A DNA stretch of 48,777 bases from Candidatus Sigynarchaeum calidifontis (lineage in GTDB: Archaea; Asgardarchaeota; Lokiarchaeia; Sigyniarchaeales; Sigyniarchaeaceae), in NCBI GenBank assembly GCA_030587475.2, contig JAUQYZ020000065.1:1-48777 (forward strand), in the 5' to 3' direction. Every line of letters begins with the position of its first letter. Positions within the stretch are counted from its first letter, which is position 1. The notes beneath the pieces are model-generated. The model was not told the origin of the DNA. It did not search any database and saw only the letters and a list, made by a program, of their open reading frames with translations. Below are positions 28,385 to 37,579 of this stretch, one piece after another. Both the position numbers and the translations under genes were made by a program.

Positions 28385-29140
28385 ATGACACACACTTTCA
28401 CCCTTCTCATCGTGGATAACCACGAGGATTGCGATGCGCGCACGCGCCAACGTCGCTTGAAGGGGTTCTGTGAGTCTGTTGATGCTTACAATGCACGTCT
28501 GATTTCTCACGGAAAAATCTTGTCCTACCGAATCGTGAAATTCAGCGACCTGGGAAATCCCGAAATCCAAGCTCAATTATGGGCTGCGGATGGAATCGTG
28601 CTGTCTGGTTCTGGCATTTCGATATCGCGGCTGGAATCCGACCCGGATTTGATGGCGACGTTTTTGCCACAGCTCGAAGTGATCCGGTCGGGACAAATGC
28701 CTGTTTTAGGTGTATGTTTCGGGCACCAGCTCATCGGGTATGCCTTCGGCTGCAAGATCGTGGATTGTGCCGTGAGGGAAAGCGCCATCATGCCTGTAGA
28801 GGTTTTCCGTGAATCGGATCTCGTTAGGCAGGGCCCGATAACGGTCGAGGTGCACCACCAGCGCGAGGTCTTGTGCGATGACGTGTTCTATCGGCATTTC
28901 GTGGTGCAAGGTTCCACCGAGGCTTGCAAGGCGCAAATCATCAAGCACAAGGATCTACCGCTTTACGGCGTTCAGTTTCATCCGGAGAGCTTGAACTCTC
29001 GTGCTCGTACCGATGGCATGGCGCTCTTGCACGCATTCTTCGATCTCGTCGTGTTCCGGGCAACACCCATCCTCGCCGCGGAAACGACCACCGTCCCGCA
29101 GATGGAAGAGATCTCCGTCGACGATTACACGCGCGAGTGA
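28385..29140 (+). CDS. Class I glutamine amidotransferase (stand-alone)
   Basis: GIVLSGS, LGVCFGHQ (nucleophile Cys) and GVQFHPE (His-Glu). Confidence 0.9.
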   Translation: MTHTFTLLIVDNHEDCDARTRQRRLKGFCESVDAYNARLISHGKILSYRIVKFSDLGNPEIQAQLWAADGIVLSGSGISISRLESDPDLMATFLPQLEVIRSGQMPVLGVCFGHQLIGYAFGCKIVDCAVRESAIMPVEVFRESDLVRQGPITVEVHHQREVLCDDVFYRHFVVQGSTEACKAQIIKHKDLPLYGVQFHPESLNSRARTDGMALLHAFFDLVVFRATPILAAETTTVPQMEEISVDDYTRE

Positions 29141-29214
29141 ACGTTTCACGATTTATTCTTGTAATTTTGTTTTTCTTCTTTCACTTTTTCTCCGTGATTG
29201 ATCTCTTCCATAAA

Positions 29215-29982
29215 TCAAGGTAGAACCGTGTAAGCAAGTCGATCAAACAAGAGCGCGAGCTTGAACGCTGATAATCGCCAGCCACCTTGCGGGTCGAGCT
29301 GGTACAAGGCGACGAAAGCGGCATCGTTTGGCCTGTTCTGGTCAAACACGTCCTGGATTGATATCATGTCGACCGGCTCCCCGGCTTCGAAACACGACGG
29401 ATCGCAAAGGAGATTGGTCATACCGATGAGCTTGTTACCGACCGGGTAGAGCCGACATTCGGCCGGGCGATATTCGTACACGGTGCAAGCTTTGGTGATC
29501 GAATCGTAGAAAACGCAGCTCGACAGCTCCTTCGGATCGATTTTCTCGAGGCTCGGATTGGTCTTCTTTATTGATTTGACAAGAGTTGGCGGGTAGATGA
29601 GCTCGTTCGCCCGGAACATTTTCTTGTTCCAGAATTGGAATGTCGGACGGTTCTCGCACAATGTTAGGAAAGGGAGCATCTGGAATTGCCGCCCCGCGAT
29701 GATGCGGTCGATATCCTCGCGCCCGACCCCGATAGTGAACGACTCGCAACAGCGCCCGCACCGGTTGCACGAGAACCGCACGGGATCGAGGGTAATCGGT
29801 TCCATCCGACGCGCCAACAGGGTGGCAAACTCCGCCAATTCACCGAGCAGCGCCTTGATCCGGGCAATGACCTGTTCCGTTCCTTCTCGCTCGATGGCCG
29901 CCGCGTAGTCCTTGAGTGCATCGGTCATGTGACGCGAGACGGGAATGCCCAAATACATGGCCTTGAGCTCGTGGAAGTTCAT
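29215..29982 (-). CDS. YkgJ-family Cys-cluster (Fe-S/Zn) protein
   Basis: FSCNRCGRCC and CVFYD...CTVYEYRPAECRLYP. Confidence 0.88.
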   Translation of the reverse strand: MNFHELKAMYLGIPVSRHMTDALKDYAAAIEREGTEQVIARIKALLGELAEFATLLARRMEPITLDPVRFSCNRCGRCCESFTIGVGREDIDRIIAGRQFQMLPFLTLCENRPTFQFWNKKMFRANELIYPPTLVKSIKKTNPSLEKIDPKELSSCVFYDSITKACTVYEYRPAECRLYPVGNKLIGMTNLLCDPSCFEAGEPVDMISIQDVFDQNRPNDAAFVALYQLDPQGGWRLSAFKLALLFDRLAYTVLP

Positions 29983-30166
29983 CGGAATTCACTTGTACAA
30001 TGCCATGAACCGCTCCATATAATTACGGAAAAAACGGTGGTAACGCTAGCGCACACAGAAGGACGTGCCAGAACTGTAGGAAAAACTAACGTAGCTGAAG
30101 GAAAAAGTATGCCCATTAAAATGAATGCTGTATAATTCTGGAACACAGAATTAAGGCACCTGCGTC

Positions 30167-30403
30167 TTAGTCGATGGGAACGTCAAGCTCGTCTGGGTGG
30201 TTCACCAGATACAAGGAATAATCGAGGGTCGCCTTGATGTCTTCCGTGCTCAATTTCGGATATTCTTTGATAATATCAGCAAAGATAGACCCATCCCGGA
30301 GCATCTGCAAGATGATGTAGACCGGAATCCGCGTGTTCTTGATGACCGGCTTTCCGCCGAGAATCTTCGGGTTCATCTCAATCCGCTGGAGAAAATCCAA
30401 CAT
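30167..30403 (-). CDS. DUF433 domain protein (antitoxin-like)
   Basis: RIEMNPKILGGKPVIKNTRIPV...EYPKLSTEDIKATLDY. GGTGA RBS before ATG at 30403. Confidence 0.88.
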   Translation of the reverse strand: MLDFLQRIEMNPKILGGKPVIKNTRIPVYIILQMLRDGSIFADIIKEYPKLSTEDIKATLDYSLYLVNHPDELDVPID

Positions 30404-30582
30404 CTGGCTCACCATCTTCTTCATCTCAAGAGTTTCTCTTAAACATTGCGGCATTCCAAGGGAACTGTATTGGGGTCTGCACGATGTTTTAAAATTGCAT
30501 CTGTGTTTTAAAACCACGAGAAAACATACCAAATCCTAATTTGAAACAAAATATCGTGAAAAAAATAACATTGACGCAGGAT

Positions 30583-30942
30583 TCAAGCGTGTTGCTGCTC
30601 GCGGACGATCTCGTCGAAGGGGTCAACTTTCGGATCGCCTTCGGTGGCAGTGGCCTTGTCGCTGTCGATCTCGTCGAGGATCTCGTCGAGGTCAGCGGGG
30701 GAGGCCAAAATCGATTCTGGCGTGGAGGTTGGTGCTGGCTCGTTCTTGGCGTTGGCGACGGGTTGCTTGGATCGCGAAGCGGTAGTCGCGGGAACTGCTT
30801 TCAACATCGCGACCGATTCGTGCAAGAACTTCCACGTGGCCATGCGGAGTGCTTCGGACCGGTTGGGGTAGAGGTTGCTGGCGACGAGCGTGTCGAGCAT
30901 TTCGAGGTACTTCTCGGGCAAGAAGAGAGTTATCATTTTCAT
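30583..30942 (-). CDS. Ribbon-helix-helix (CopG/Arc/MetJ) regulator with acidic disordered tail
   Basis: MKMITLFLPEKYLEMLDTLV...YPNRSEALRMA. ATGA overlap with the upstream ORF. Confidence 0.85.
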   Translation of the reverse strand: MKMITLFLPEKYLEMLDTLVASNLYPNRSEALRMATWKFLHESVAMLKAVPATTASRSKQPVANAKNEPAPTSTPESILASPADLDEILDEIDSDKATATEGDPKVDPFDEIVREQQHA

Positions 30943-31853
30943 GGGTAGATGGGCCTCATGTTGTCGTTGGTGGTGTTGGGGGGGTTGTTCATGTTGATGG
31001 CTTGGCTTGGGTCGGGATATGCAGTGCTGTAACCGGGACGCGTGACACGGGGCGCGACGCCGATGGACTCGGTGGCAGCAGCCATGGCGGGCATAACGTG
31101 CTCGGCCTTGTCGACGAGCGGGATGCCGAGAACGTCCTGCTCGATCGTGGCTGCGATGGCACGGGGGAGATGGCGAGAAAAACGGGTGAGAGCCGGGAAA
31201 CGAGCCTGGAGGTCGTGGACAATATCGATGACGAGATCGTCGTGATTCGGTGTAATACTACCTATAGCGCACGTGGCTATGTAATCCATGACGCGGCGAC
31301 GGCAAGCCTGGACGATGACATCGGCGAGCGGGTGATGCGTGTCGAGGAACCACTTGTCGAGCGAGTCGTCGAGCCATATGTCAATACCGAGAACCTCGCA
31401 GACCTTGTCGACCCAGTAGGTAGCAGCTGTGCTCGCCGTGGTCACCGTACTCGCTCGGACAAGGTCGTGGCGCTTTGTGGAAGTGCCCTTGGCGTTGCCA
31501 GCGAGGAGATCGGCAACCTGGTGGCGCGCGACGTGGGCGATGGCGCGATACAGGTCGGCTGGCGCGTTTTCGTTAGGGAGACGAATGCTGCCTAGACCAT
31601 AGCGAATCGTGTATTCGATACATCGCTGGAGATCGGCGCCGGTGATGCCCATTGTACCGTAGGCAGTAGCGGCACGGGCGAGCAGCGCATGCACGCCCTT
31701 TGCTGCGAGGAGGTCGGTTATCGACACTATGTTGTACGCACCCGAATGCATCATTGTTAAACAAGCCAGCTTAGCAACACGACCCGACAAAAATCGGCGA
31801 GATCGAAAGTCGCGGTTTGTCGAGTCGATGCCGCCCAGGAGGGCTTGTATCAT
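30939..31853 (-). CDS. Hypothetical mostly helical protein (start may be at the Met near 31754)
   Basis: 304-codon ORF whose stop overlaps the RHH start (ATGA). No recognisable motif. Confidence 0.6.
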   Translation of the reverse strand: MIQALLGGIDSTNRDFRSRRFLSGRVAKLACLTMMHSGAYNIVSITDLLAAKGVHALLARAATAYGTMGITGADLQRCIEYTIRYGLGSIRLPNENAPADLYRAIAHVARHQVADLLAGNAKGTSTKRHDLVRASTVTTASTAATYWVDKVCEVLGIDIWLDDSLDKWFLDTHHPLADVIVQACRRRVMDYIATCAIGSITPNHDDLVIDIVHDLQARFPALTRFSRHLPRAIAATIEQDVLGIPLVDKAEHVMPAMAAATESIGVAPRVTRPGYSTAYPDPSQAINMNNPPNTTNDNMRPIYP

Positions 31854-32032
31854 TTTTGATAACGCGAATTAAGTGCTGTTATCATAACTAATATCAACAT
31901 TCCACTATTAAAATGTTTCCTAACCGATACACTACTGATATTAAAACGAAGCTGGATACGGTTATCATTCGCACGATTCGTCAGGAGCGGGCTTATTCCA
32001 ATCATGAAGCGCTGATCGCGATTTCAACTTCT

Positions 32033-32206
32033 TTATTCCCGACGTGCGTACCAATCAAGCAATTGATGATACCATTCTTGCTTCTTGGCACTAATACTCG
32101 TCCCAGCGATCATCGTGCCGATCAAGGTAAAAACATGCCCGACCAAGCAGCCCAACACGACCATGCCGGCAACGACAAGCATTTCCTCGGGGACATACTC
32201 CGACAT
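32033..32206 (-). CDS. Small single-pass membrane protein (57 aa, below the ORF-track cutoff)
   Basis: Hand translation gives MSEYVPEEMLVVAGMVVLGCLVGHVFTLIGTMIAGTSISAKKQEWYHQLLDWYARRE*. AGGTG sits immediately before the ATG. Confidence 0.45.
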   Translation of the reverse strand: MSEYVPEEMLVVAGMVVLGCLVGHVFTLIGTMIAGTSISAKKQEWYHQLLDWYARRE

Positions 32207-32447
32207 CACCTTTTAGATGTTCCAGATCGTCACGATCCTCGTCGCTTGTGCTGCCGAGGCGATGGCAACAAACCTCGCCAGCACCAGCCTGGCCACCCCC
32301 CGTTGCCCCGGCGACAGCTTGAAATCGGGTAACATGCATTCGGTCGCCTTCCAATTCTCCATCGACAGCCCAGCGAGCCCCGCCATTGCCCCGGTATCCA
32401 CGAAAAGATAAGGCATCATATTTCCTTGTATACCCATGCCTGTCACT

Positions 32448-33173
32448 TTAACTCGGCAAAGGATACTCGCTGACGATGATGTAATCCGGGCCAAGCTTCT
32501 GGATCTCCTTGAGCGTCGCGTTCGAATCGACGGTCCATGCCATCTTCACGTCAGCGCGGTTCCACGCGTCCGATTCCAACGCCTTGAACGGGAGTGATGC
32601 GATTTCGATGCCCTTGCCGAGTGTTGCGGTCCTGTCGTCTTTCTCGAGCATGGCAGGGAGCGATTCGGTGATGAATTTCTTGATAAGGGAGGTCGGATGG
32701 CCAGGATTCAAACCGAACCGGATTCCTGGCTGGCGGAACGTGGTCTGGCAATGCAGCAAGTTCGGAGCAGCGACGAAATAGGTGATCTCCCGCCCGTTCC
32801 AGATCTTGATCGTTCGTTGCACCAGGGAAATCCAATCGGCGGCAAAGCCCACGACGAAGATGGGAACTTCGGCAGGGAGCATCGAGTGCAAGGCACGCAG
32901 AACGCACATTCCCTCGTCGGTCGAAAACAGGCTCAACGCGTGGGCGCGGGCACTCTTTATATCGGCCACGAGGATCTTGCTCGTGTCCCGCCAAAGATCG
33001 CCGAGTGCTTGAAGCGACACACCGCCGATCGGGGTTGCTCTTGCCGGGTCGTGCCCCACGCGCACCTGGCCTTTCTCGACGTAGAAATCCATCTCGATCC
33101 CGGCGATGGCAGGATCTCCCAGCCCTCGCTGGAGGCGTGCCACGTCGTTGCACCCGTGGAGGATGATCTTCAT
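32448..33173 (-). CDS. Divergent glycerophosphodiester phosphodiesterase-like TIM barrel
   Basis: IILHG, GIEMDF, VGHD, ADIK, AWTVD and LGPDYII. The canonical HRG is reduced to HG. Confidence 0.7.
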   Translation of the reverse strand: MKIILHGCNDVARLQRGLGDPAIAGIEMDFYVEKGQVRVGHDPARATPIGGVSLQALGDLWRDTSKILVADIKSARAHALSLFSTDEGMCVLRALHSMLPAEVPIFVVGFAADWISLVQRTIKIWNGREITYFVAAPNLLHCQTTFRQPGIRFGLNPGHPTSLIKKFITESLPAMLEKDDRTATLGKGIEIASLPFKALESDAWNRADVKMAWTVDSNATLKEIQKLGPDYIIVSEYPLPS

Positions 33174-33303
33174 GATGAGATCCCCTCTTCTGCGCGGGAC
33201 ATGGGAGGATCCTCGCCTTGATGGGATTTATATCATCACCTTCCGCATCGAGTCCATCGCTTTGTTTATTTGTTGCTCGGTTCTGGTTCGGAGCAATGTG
33301 AAA

Positions 33304-34932
33304 TCAGACATTCATTTTGCTGAAATGAAAAATCTTGCGGGCAAGGAATTCTGCAGGAGCAAACATCTGGACTTCTCCAACGAAATTCTGCAGGTACATG
33401 TTGAAGAGGTCCTCGAATTGGATCACGATGTCTTTTATTTTATCCCGCAAGATGTCAAGTGGTTTTTCCACCACGAGCGCGGCGGTGACATGTCGCCCGC
33501 TAAAAAACAGGATGGTCGCGTCTTGCTGCTGGATCGACGTGAGCGTGCTATCCCGCTTGGTGACCTCGCTGATGAGGCTAGTGATGCTTGCCAATCCACC
33601 CGTGATTACAGCGTCGTCGATGGAAGGCTTGTTCTCGAAAGATAGATCATAGAGGCCTGTTCCTGTTTTGCTATGGTAGATATAAAGATGGCGGAGCATT
33701 TTCGGCCAGAGCAACTCCTCCTTGTTCGGTAATGTTTCCCGCGCGCTTGACGTGACAAGAAGGCATATCGTAAGGAGGTTCGTGGCCAGGAAGAAATACG
33801 CCATGTTTGGCGTGTCAAAGATCATACCGATCGTGAGGCCCGCTGCAACACCCGTGACGTGAATGCAGAGAATGCCGGCGACCACTTGCTTGCGATTGCC
33901 ATCATCGGAAAGGTCGTGGAAAATGGCAAATTCACTGACAAGGATAGCAGGATATCCTATTCCAAACAATACAAGACACGAAACCATGATGGCCAATGAC
34001 CACTGGCCACCGACCCCTTGCCCAGAAAATGCTAACATGCCGAACATGACCGCGCATGCCCCGCTCGCCAAGGCAAAAAAGACTTTACGCCCGACGCGAT
34101 CTGTTAGCACCCCGATGACCGGAACCGCGCCCATGGCCACGAGTGAGATCGTGAACCAGATACCATCCATGGAAATGATTTCCGGCGCGACGTGCAAGAA
34201 GATGCGCAACAGCATCCCGATACATGCCTTGAACATGAACAAGGCGATGAAATATTGTCTCCGGTCGCGATCATGCGGAACATTTTCAGCCGGAGGAGCT
34301 GGCACCTCGGGCGGAGCGAGAATGTGTTGCATGCGAGCCGATTTCCCGATCTTTTTGGATAGGAGCCCGACAACGATGGATACAACCCCGAGAAAGAGCA
34401 ATCCTGCCCGATAGCTAAGATCGGGGACGAGCAAGCTCGTGCCAGACGCCCCGGCAAGGATGGAAAATGCTGCCAGGATGGTTAACGACACTGTTTTTCC
34501 CCGCTGGAACGGCTTTGTAAAAAAACCAGGGAAGCATAACGAGCTGATGACCCATATCGACCCGATGCCAAGGATGATCGTCATCATGAACAATGCGATC
34601 ATGGTCATCGTCACGTTGATTTTCAATGCGATGATGACCGCAGCTGCCATGAACACCCCCGGCATCAGCAAGCCCCATCGAATCCAGGCGATCATGGAGA
34701 GTCTCGAGCGCTTCTCCACATGGCGATAGGAGACGAATATACCGGCTGCCAAGGCCGAGGTGATGATGGAGAGCCATTCGGGAATGCCAGTTGTGAAAAC
34801 GGAAAAATAGAGCAATGCAACGAACACGAGGTAAATATACAAGGCAAACATGAATCCCCCGAGCGTCGCAACGATGATGACCTCGGGTGTCACGATTTTC
34901 TCGACGGGTTCAAGGCTCCCGTGCTCGTCCAT
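33304..34932 (-). CDS. MFS-type transporter with C-terminal longin-like domain (second copy)
   Basis: About 12 TM segments and motif A LTDRVGRK. The C-terminus reads LYIYHSKTGTGLY...VITGGLASITSLISEV...SIQQQDATILF...LRDKI...FEDLF. Confidence 0.75.
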   Translation of the reverse strand: MDEHGSLEPVEKIVTPEVIIVATLGGFMFALYIYLVFVALLYFSVFTTGIPEWLSIITSALAAGIFVSYRHVEKRSRLSMIAWIRWGLLMPGVFMAAAVIIALKINVTMTMIALFMMTIILGIGSIWVISSLCFPGFFTKPFQRGKTVSLTILAAFSILAGASGTSLLVPDLSYRAGLLFLGVVSIVVGLLSKKIGKSARMQHILAPPEVPAPPAENVPHDRDRRQYFIALFMFKACIGMLLRIFLHVAPEIISMDGIWFTISLVAMGAVPVIGVLTDRVGRKVFFALASGACAVMFGMLAFSGQGVGGQWSLAIMVSCLVLFGIGYPAILVSEFAIFHDLSDDGNRKQVVAGILCIHVTGVAAGLTIGMIFDTPNMAYFFLATNLLTICLLVTSSARETLPNKEELLWPKMLRHLYIYHSKTGTGLYDLSFENKPSIDDAVITGGLASITSLISEVTKRDSTLTSIQQQDATILFFSGRHVTAALVVEKPLDILRDKIKDIVIQFEDLFNMYLQNFVGEVQMFAPAEFLARKIFHFSKMNV

Positions 34933-35044
34933 AGGATGCTATGGATCGCTGTCTTTTTATTGTTTTCCCTGGGAAAAAAGCCAGCAGTACGAGCTACAGT
35001 GTAAGGATTTGCGGTGCAATGCCTTATAGCTCGCTAGTATTGAC

Positions 35045-35887
35045 TCAATCTCGAGGCGGTGCATTGATGCCGTTCTCGGAAAAAATCTTTTCCAAAAAAC
35101 GGGCGATCCGCCTCTTGCAATCTCGCTGCTGTTCGAATAAAACGGTGTGCGTCTCGCCTTCCACGAGATCCAGCACGCCGTGATGCAGCAAGCTTGCCAG
35201 CTCGCGGTACCCGGATTCGGGAAACAGCTGGTCGTCCGACCCGCCGAGCACCAGCGCGGGCTTCTCTATCGCGGGCAAGAAGTCCCGCACCTTGTCCTTG
35301 ATTGCCAACGTGGGCTCGTATGCTCGCACGAGGTACATGGACGGGTTGATGCGCGTCTTGAAAAAAGGCCACGCGATCGTGATACCAGCCTTCATCCAGA
35401 ATGCATAGCGCTTGCGCTTGAACAGATCGATGAACGAGTAAAACAAAGCACGCGACACGCCCTTGCGCGAGCGACGCATCCAATCCGTGATCATGTCCAG
35501 CCCGCCGGGGGATATCACGTGTGCTGCCGAGGCAATGATCAATCCTTTCACTAATCTGGGCTTTACAACGCCGAGTGCAAGGGTCACGAGACCCCCGAAC
35601 GATAGACCCAGCACGACATCGGGCGAGAATCGTCCCTTGACGGCCTTGCCGATGCTAATCGCGATATCGATGGCCGTTTTTCCTTCGGGGATGTCCCCGT
35701 ACCCGACAATCAAGACCCGGTAACCAGGCGGGAAGATCGGGAGGTAGAGCCGCTTGAACATCCACGCGAAATTACGTATCCCGAAAAGGATCTCCTCGCT
35801 TCCAGGCAAGACCAGCGCGAGCCGCTCACCCTTCCCTGCCAGGATATACGGGAAGCGGCCGTCAAGCATTCCGGATTCACATTTCAC
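35045..35887 (-). CDS. Alpha/beta hydrolase
   Basis: GLSFGG nucleophile elbow, LVLGGSDD (Asp) and GETH (His). Alternative start at ATG 35869. Confidence 0.88.
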   Translation of the reverse strand: MKCESGMLDGRFPYILAGKGERLALVLPGSEEILFGIRNFAWMFKRLYLPIFPPGYRVLIVGYGDIPEGKTAIDIAISIGKAVKGRFSPDVVLGLSFGGLVTLALGVVKPRLVKGLIIASAAHVISPGGLDMITDWMRRSRKGVSRALFYSFIDLFKRKRYAFWMKAGITIAWPFFKTRINPSMYLVRAYEPTLAIKDKVRDFLPAIEKPALVLGGSDDQLFPESGYRELASLLHHGVLDLVEGETHTVLFEQQRDCKRRIARFLEKIFSENGINAPPRD

Positions 35888-36223
35888 GCAGCATCAAGTC
35901 ACATTCGGTGTTATGCTAATGAATCCATTTTTACCATAAATCATTGCTCGTCGTATTGAACCTTAATAGCATGGACAGCGTGGAAAGGGGCACTCCTTGA
36001 GAAAGCGAACCGCACGGCCATGGGTGTGGATTAGGGCTACATACTTTTCCAAGGCTTTCCTTGGCTTCAAGCATCAGCAAAGTTGCTAAAACTCCAGCAT
36101 TTATTAGCACGCGCCCGGGCGGAAGATTGTTGGTGCTTAGGGGTTTCGAGCGGGCAAGGTTGCCCGACGTATAGGGACGAGCCGGAACCGCATGGCACGA
36201 GATAATGGAGGTGAACAAAAACC

Positions 36224-36634
36224 ATGAAGGAGATAGAGACAGAAGCGGAGCTCGCCGAGATGATCGGCGGGCACGATGTCGTCGTTTGCGATTTCTTCAC
36301 GACCTGGTGTGGCCCTTGCAAGGCTCTCTCGCCGGTGCTCGCGGAGATCGCCGAGGAAACGAAGAAAAAGTACGGCGCGGGCATCGAGTTCTGCAAGGTG
36401 GACTGCGAAAAACTCGTGGCGACCGCGGACGAGCTCGGGATCAGGAGCATCCCGACAGTCGTTTTCTACGTCAAGGGGAAGCCAGACAAGGACGCGATCA
36501 TCGGATGTCGCGGAAAGGAGATATACGTGGCGAGGATCGACAAGATCATGAAATCTATCGCCGGGCAAGCAACCACGACGGAAACGGCTGTGTTTGCACC
36601 CGCAGCGAGGAAGAAGGCCGCGAGGAAAAAATGA
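36224..36634 (+). CDS. trxA: Thioredoxin with basic C-terminal tail
   Basis: CDFFTTWCGPCK, KVD and IRSIPT. GGAGGTG RBS upstream. Confidence 0.93.
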   Translation: MKEIETEAELAEMIGGHDVVVCDFFTTWCGPCKALSPVLAEIAEETKKKYGAGIEFCKVDCEKLVATADELGIRSIPTVVFYVKGKPDKDAIIGCRGKEIYVARIDKIMKSIAGQATTTETAVFAPAARKKAARKK

Positions 36635-37278
36635 GGCAGGGGCGAAGAGGCTTGAAAGAGGAATTCAAGGTTCCGAGCACGTTCGACCACGAAGCCATGA
36701 GGAGCGAGGCGGAATGGTTGGAGACGCGATTCCATGCCATGGTCGACGGCGAGTTGGCGCCTCGATGCATCCCGGCGCTGCTTCGGAATCTCGTCAGGCA
36801 GCAGCGGCCCAGGCTCGCGTCCTGGATCCCCGAGGGGAGCTGGTGCGTCGTGCCAGACCCCGCCGAGTCGGACTTGCCATCCGACGCAAGGTTCCATTAC
36901 ATGGACGGGCCGACCCTCCACGCGGCTGGAATCATGGCGCGTGCCATCGTCTATCACCCGAAGGAGGCTGCGCAGGTTCCAGAGATGCCGGCGGCGCTGC
37001 ACAAGGCCCTCCGGTTCCTCGCAGCGCGCAACTTCCACGGGCATGGATATGACAAGGAAGGCACGGAGATGGCTTGGGTGTATATCCTGCACGAGGGCTG
37101 CATCATCGACTACGTGGCCGATCACCCGGGCGAGTGCGCGGAATTCCTGGCTGTGCTACGACGGAAACGGGACGAGTTCCAGCATCGCATCGACACGGGA
37201 AACACGTCGGGTGGCTGGGACGAGGACTACCACGATGACTTCGTGCGAGCGGTGGCTTACCTCGCGCCGGTGGACTAG
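36631..37278 (+). CDS. Hypothetical protein, possibly alpha/alpha-barrel-like
   Basis: ATG at 36631 overlaps the thioredoxin stop (ATGA). Motifs QQ...EGSW, PSDAR and RNFHGHGYD. Confidence 0.7.
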   Translation: MRQGRRGLKEEFKVPSTFDHEAMRSEAEWLETRFHAMVDGELAPRCIPALLRNLVRQQRPRLASWIPEGSWCVVPDPAESDLPSDARFHYMDGPTLHAAGIMARAIVYHPKEAAQVPEMPAALHKALRFLAARNFHGHGYDKEGTEMAWVYILHEGCIIDYVADHPGECAEFLAVLRRKRDEFQHRIDTGNTSGGWDEDYHDDFVRAVAYLAPVD

Positions 37279-37309
37279 GCTAACAACTGATGAGAGGAGG
37301 TGGACGAAC

Positions 37310-37579
37310 ATGGGATGATGCAGGACGAACCACGTGAATGTAAAGGCCAGGGTCTTTTCCGTGCATGGCGGCGAGCTGTATGCCGGGAACGACGTTGCCG
37401 AGGCACGGCGCGTGTATGACGCGCTGGTGGCCAAGCACGCGAGGGAAAACGCCAAGCTCATGGCAAGCCGGTCGGGAACCACGCGCACGGGCACCAAGCG
37501 CCCCAAGAAGAGAAGGGCGAAGCGCGTGCTGGCCGTGCTCTTCATCGACTGCGAGATTGCCGAGACCCTGGAGGGCTAA
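37310..37579 (+). CDS. Small basic protein with in-frame TGA at codon 3 (selenoprotein candidate or pseudogene; alternative GTG start at 37334)
   Basis: GAGGAGGTGG RBS, then ATG GGA TGA TGC AGG ACG AAC CAC GTG..., in frame with the 37334..37579 ORF. Confidence 0.5.

Noticed and set aside
30849-31595. 248-aa plus-strand ORF
   Set aside because: It is antisense to the minus-strand ORF that is coupled to the RHH gene.
36205-36634. 357-aa ORF starting at 36205, or a -1 frameshift fusing thioredoxin to the next gene at GGAAAAAATGA
   Set aside because: The N-terminal part is an Arg-rich alternate frame of thioredoxin. The ATGA overlap at 36631 explains the arrangement, and there is no canonical slippery heptamer.
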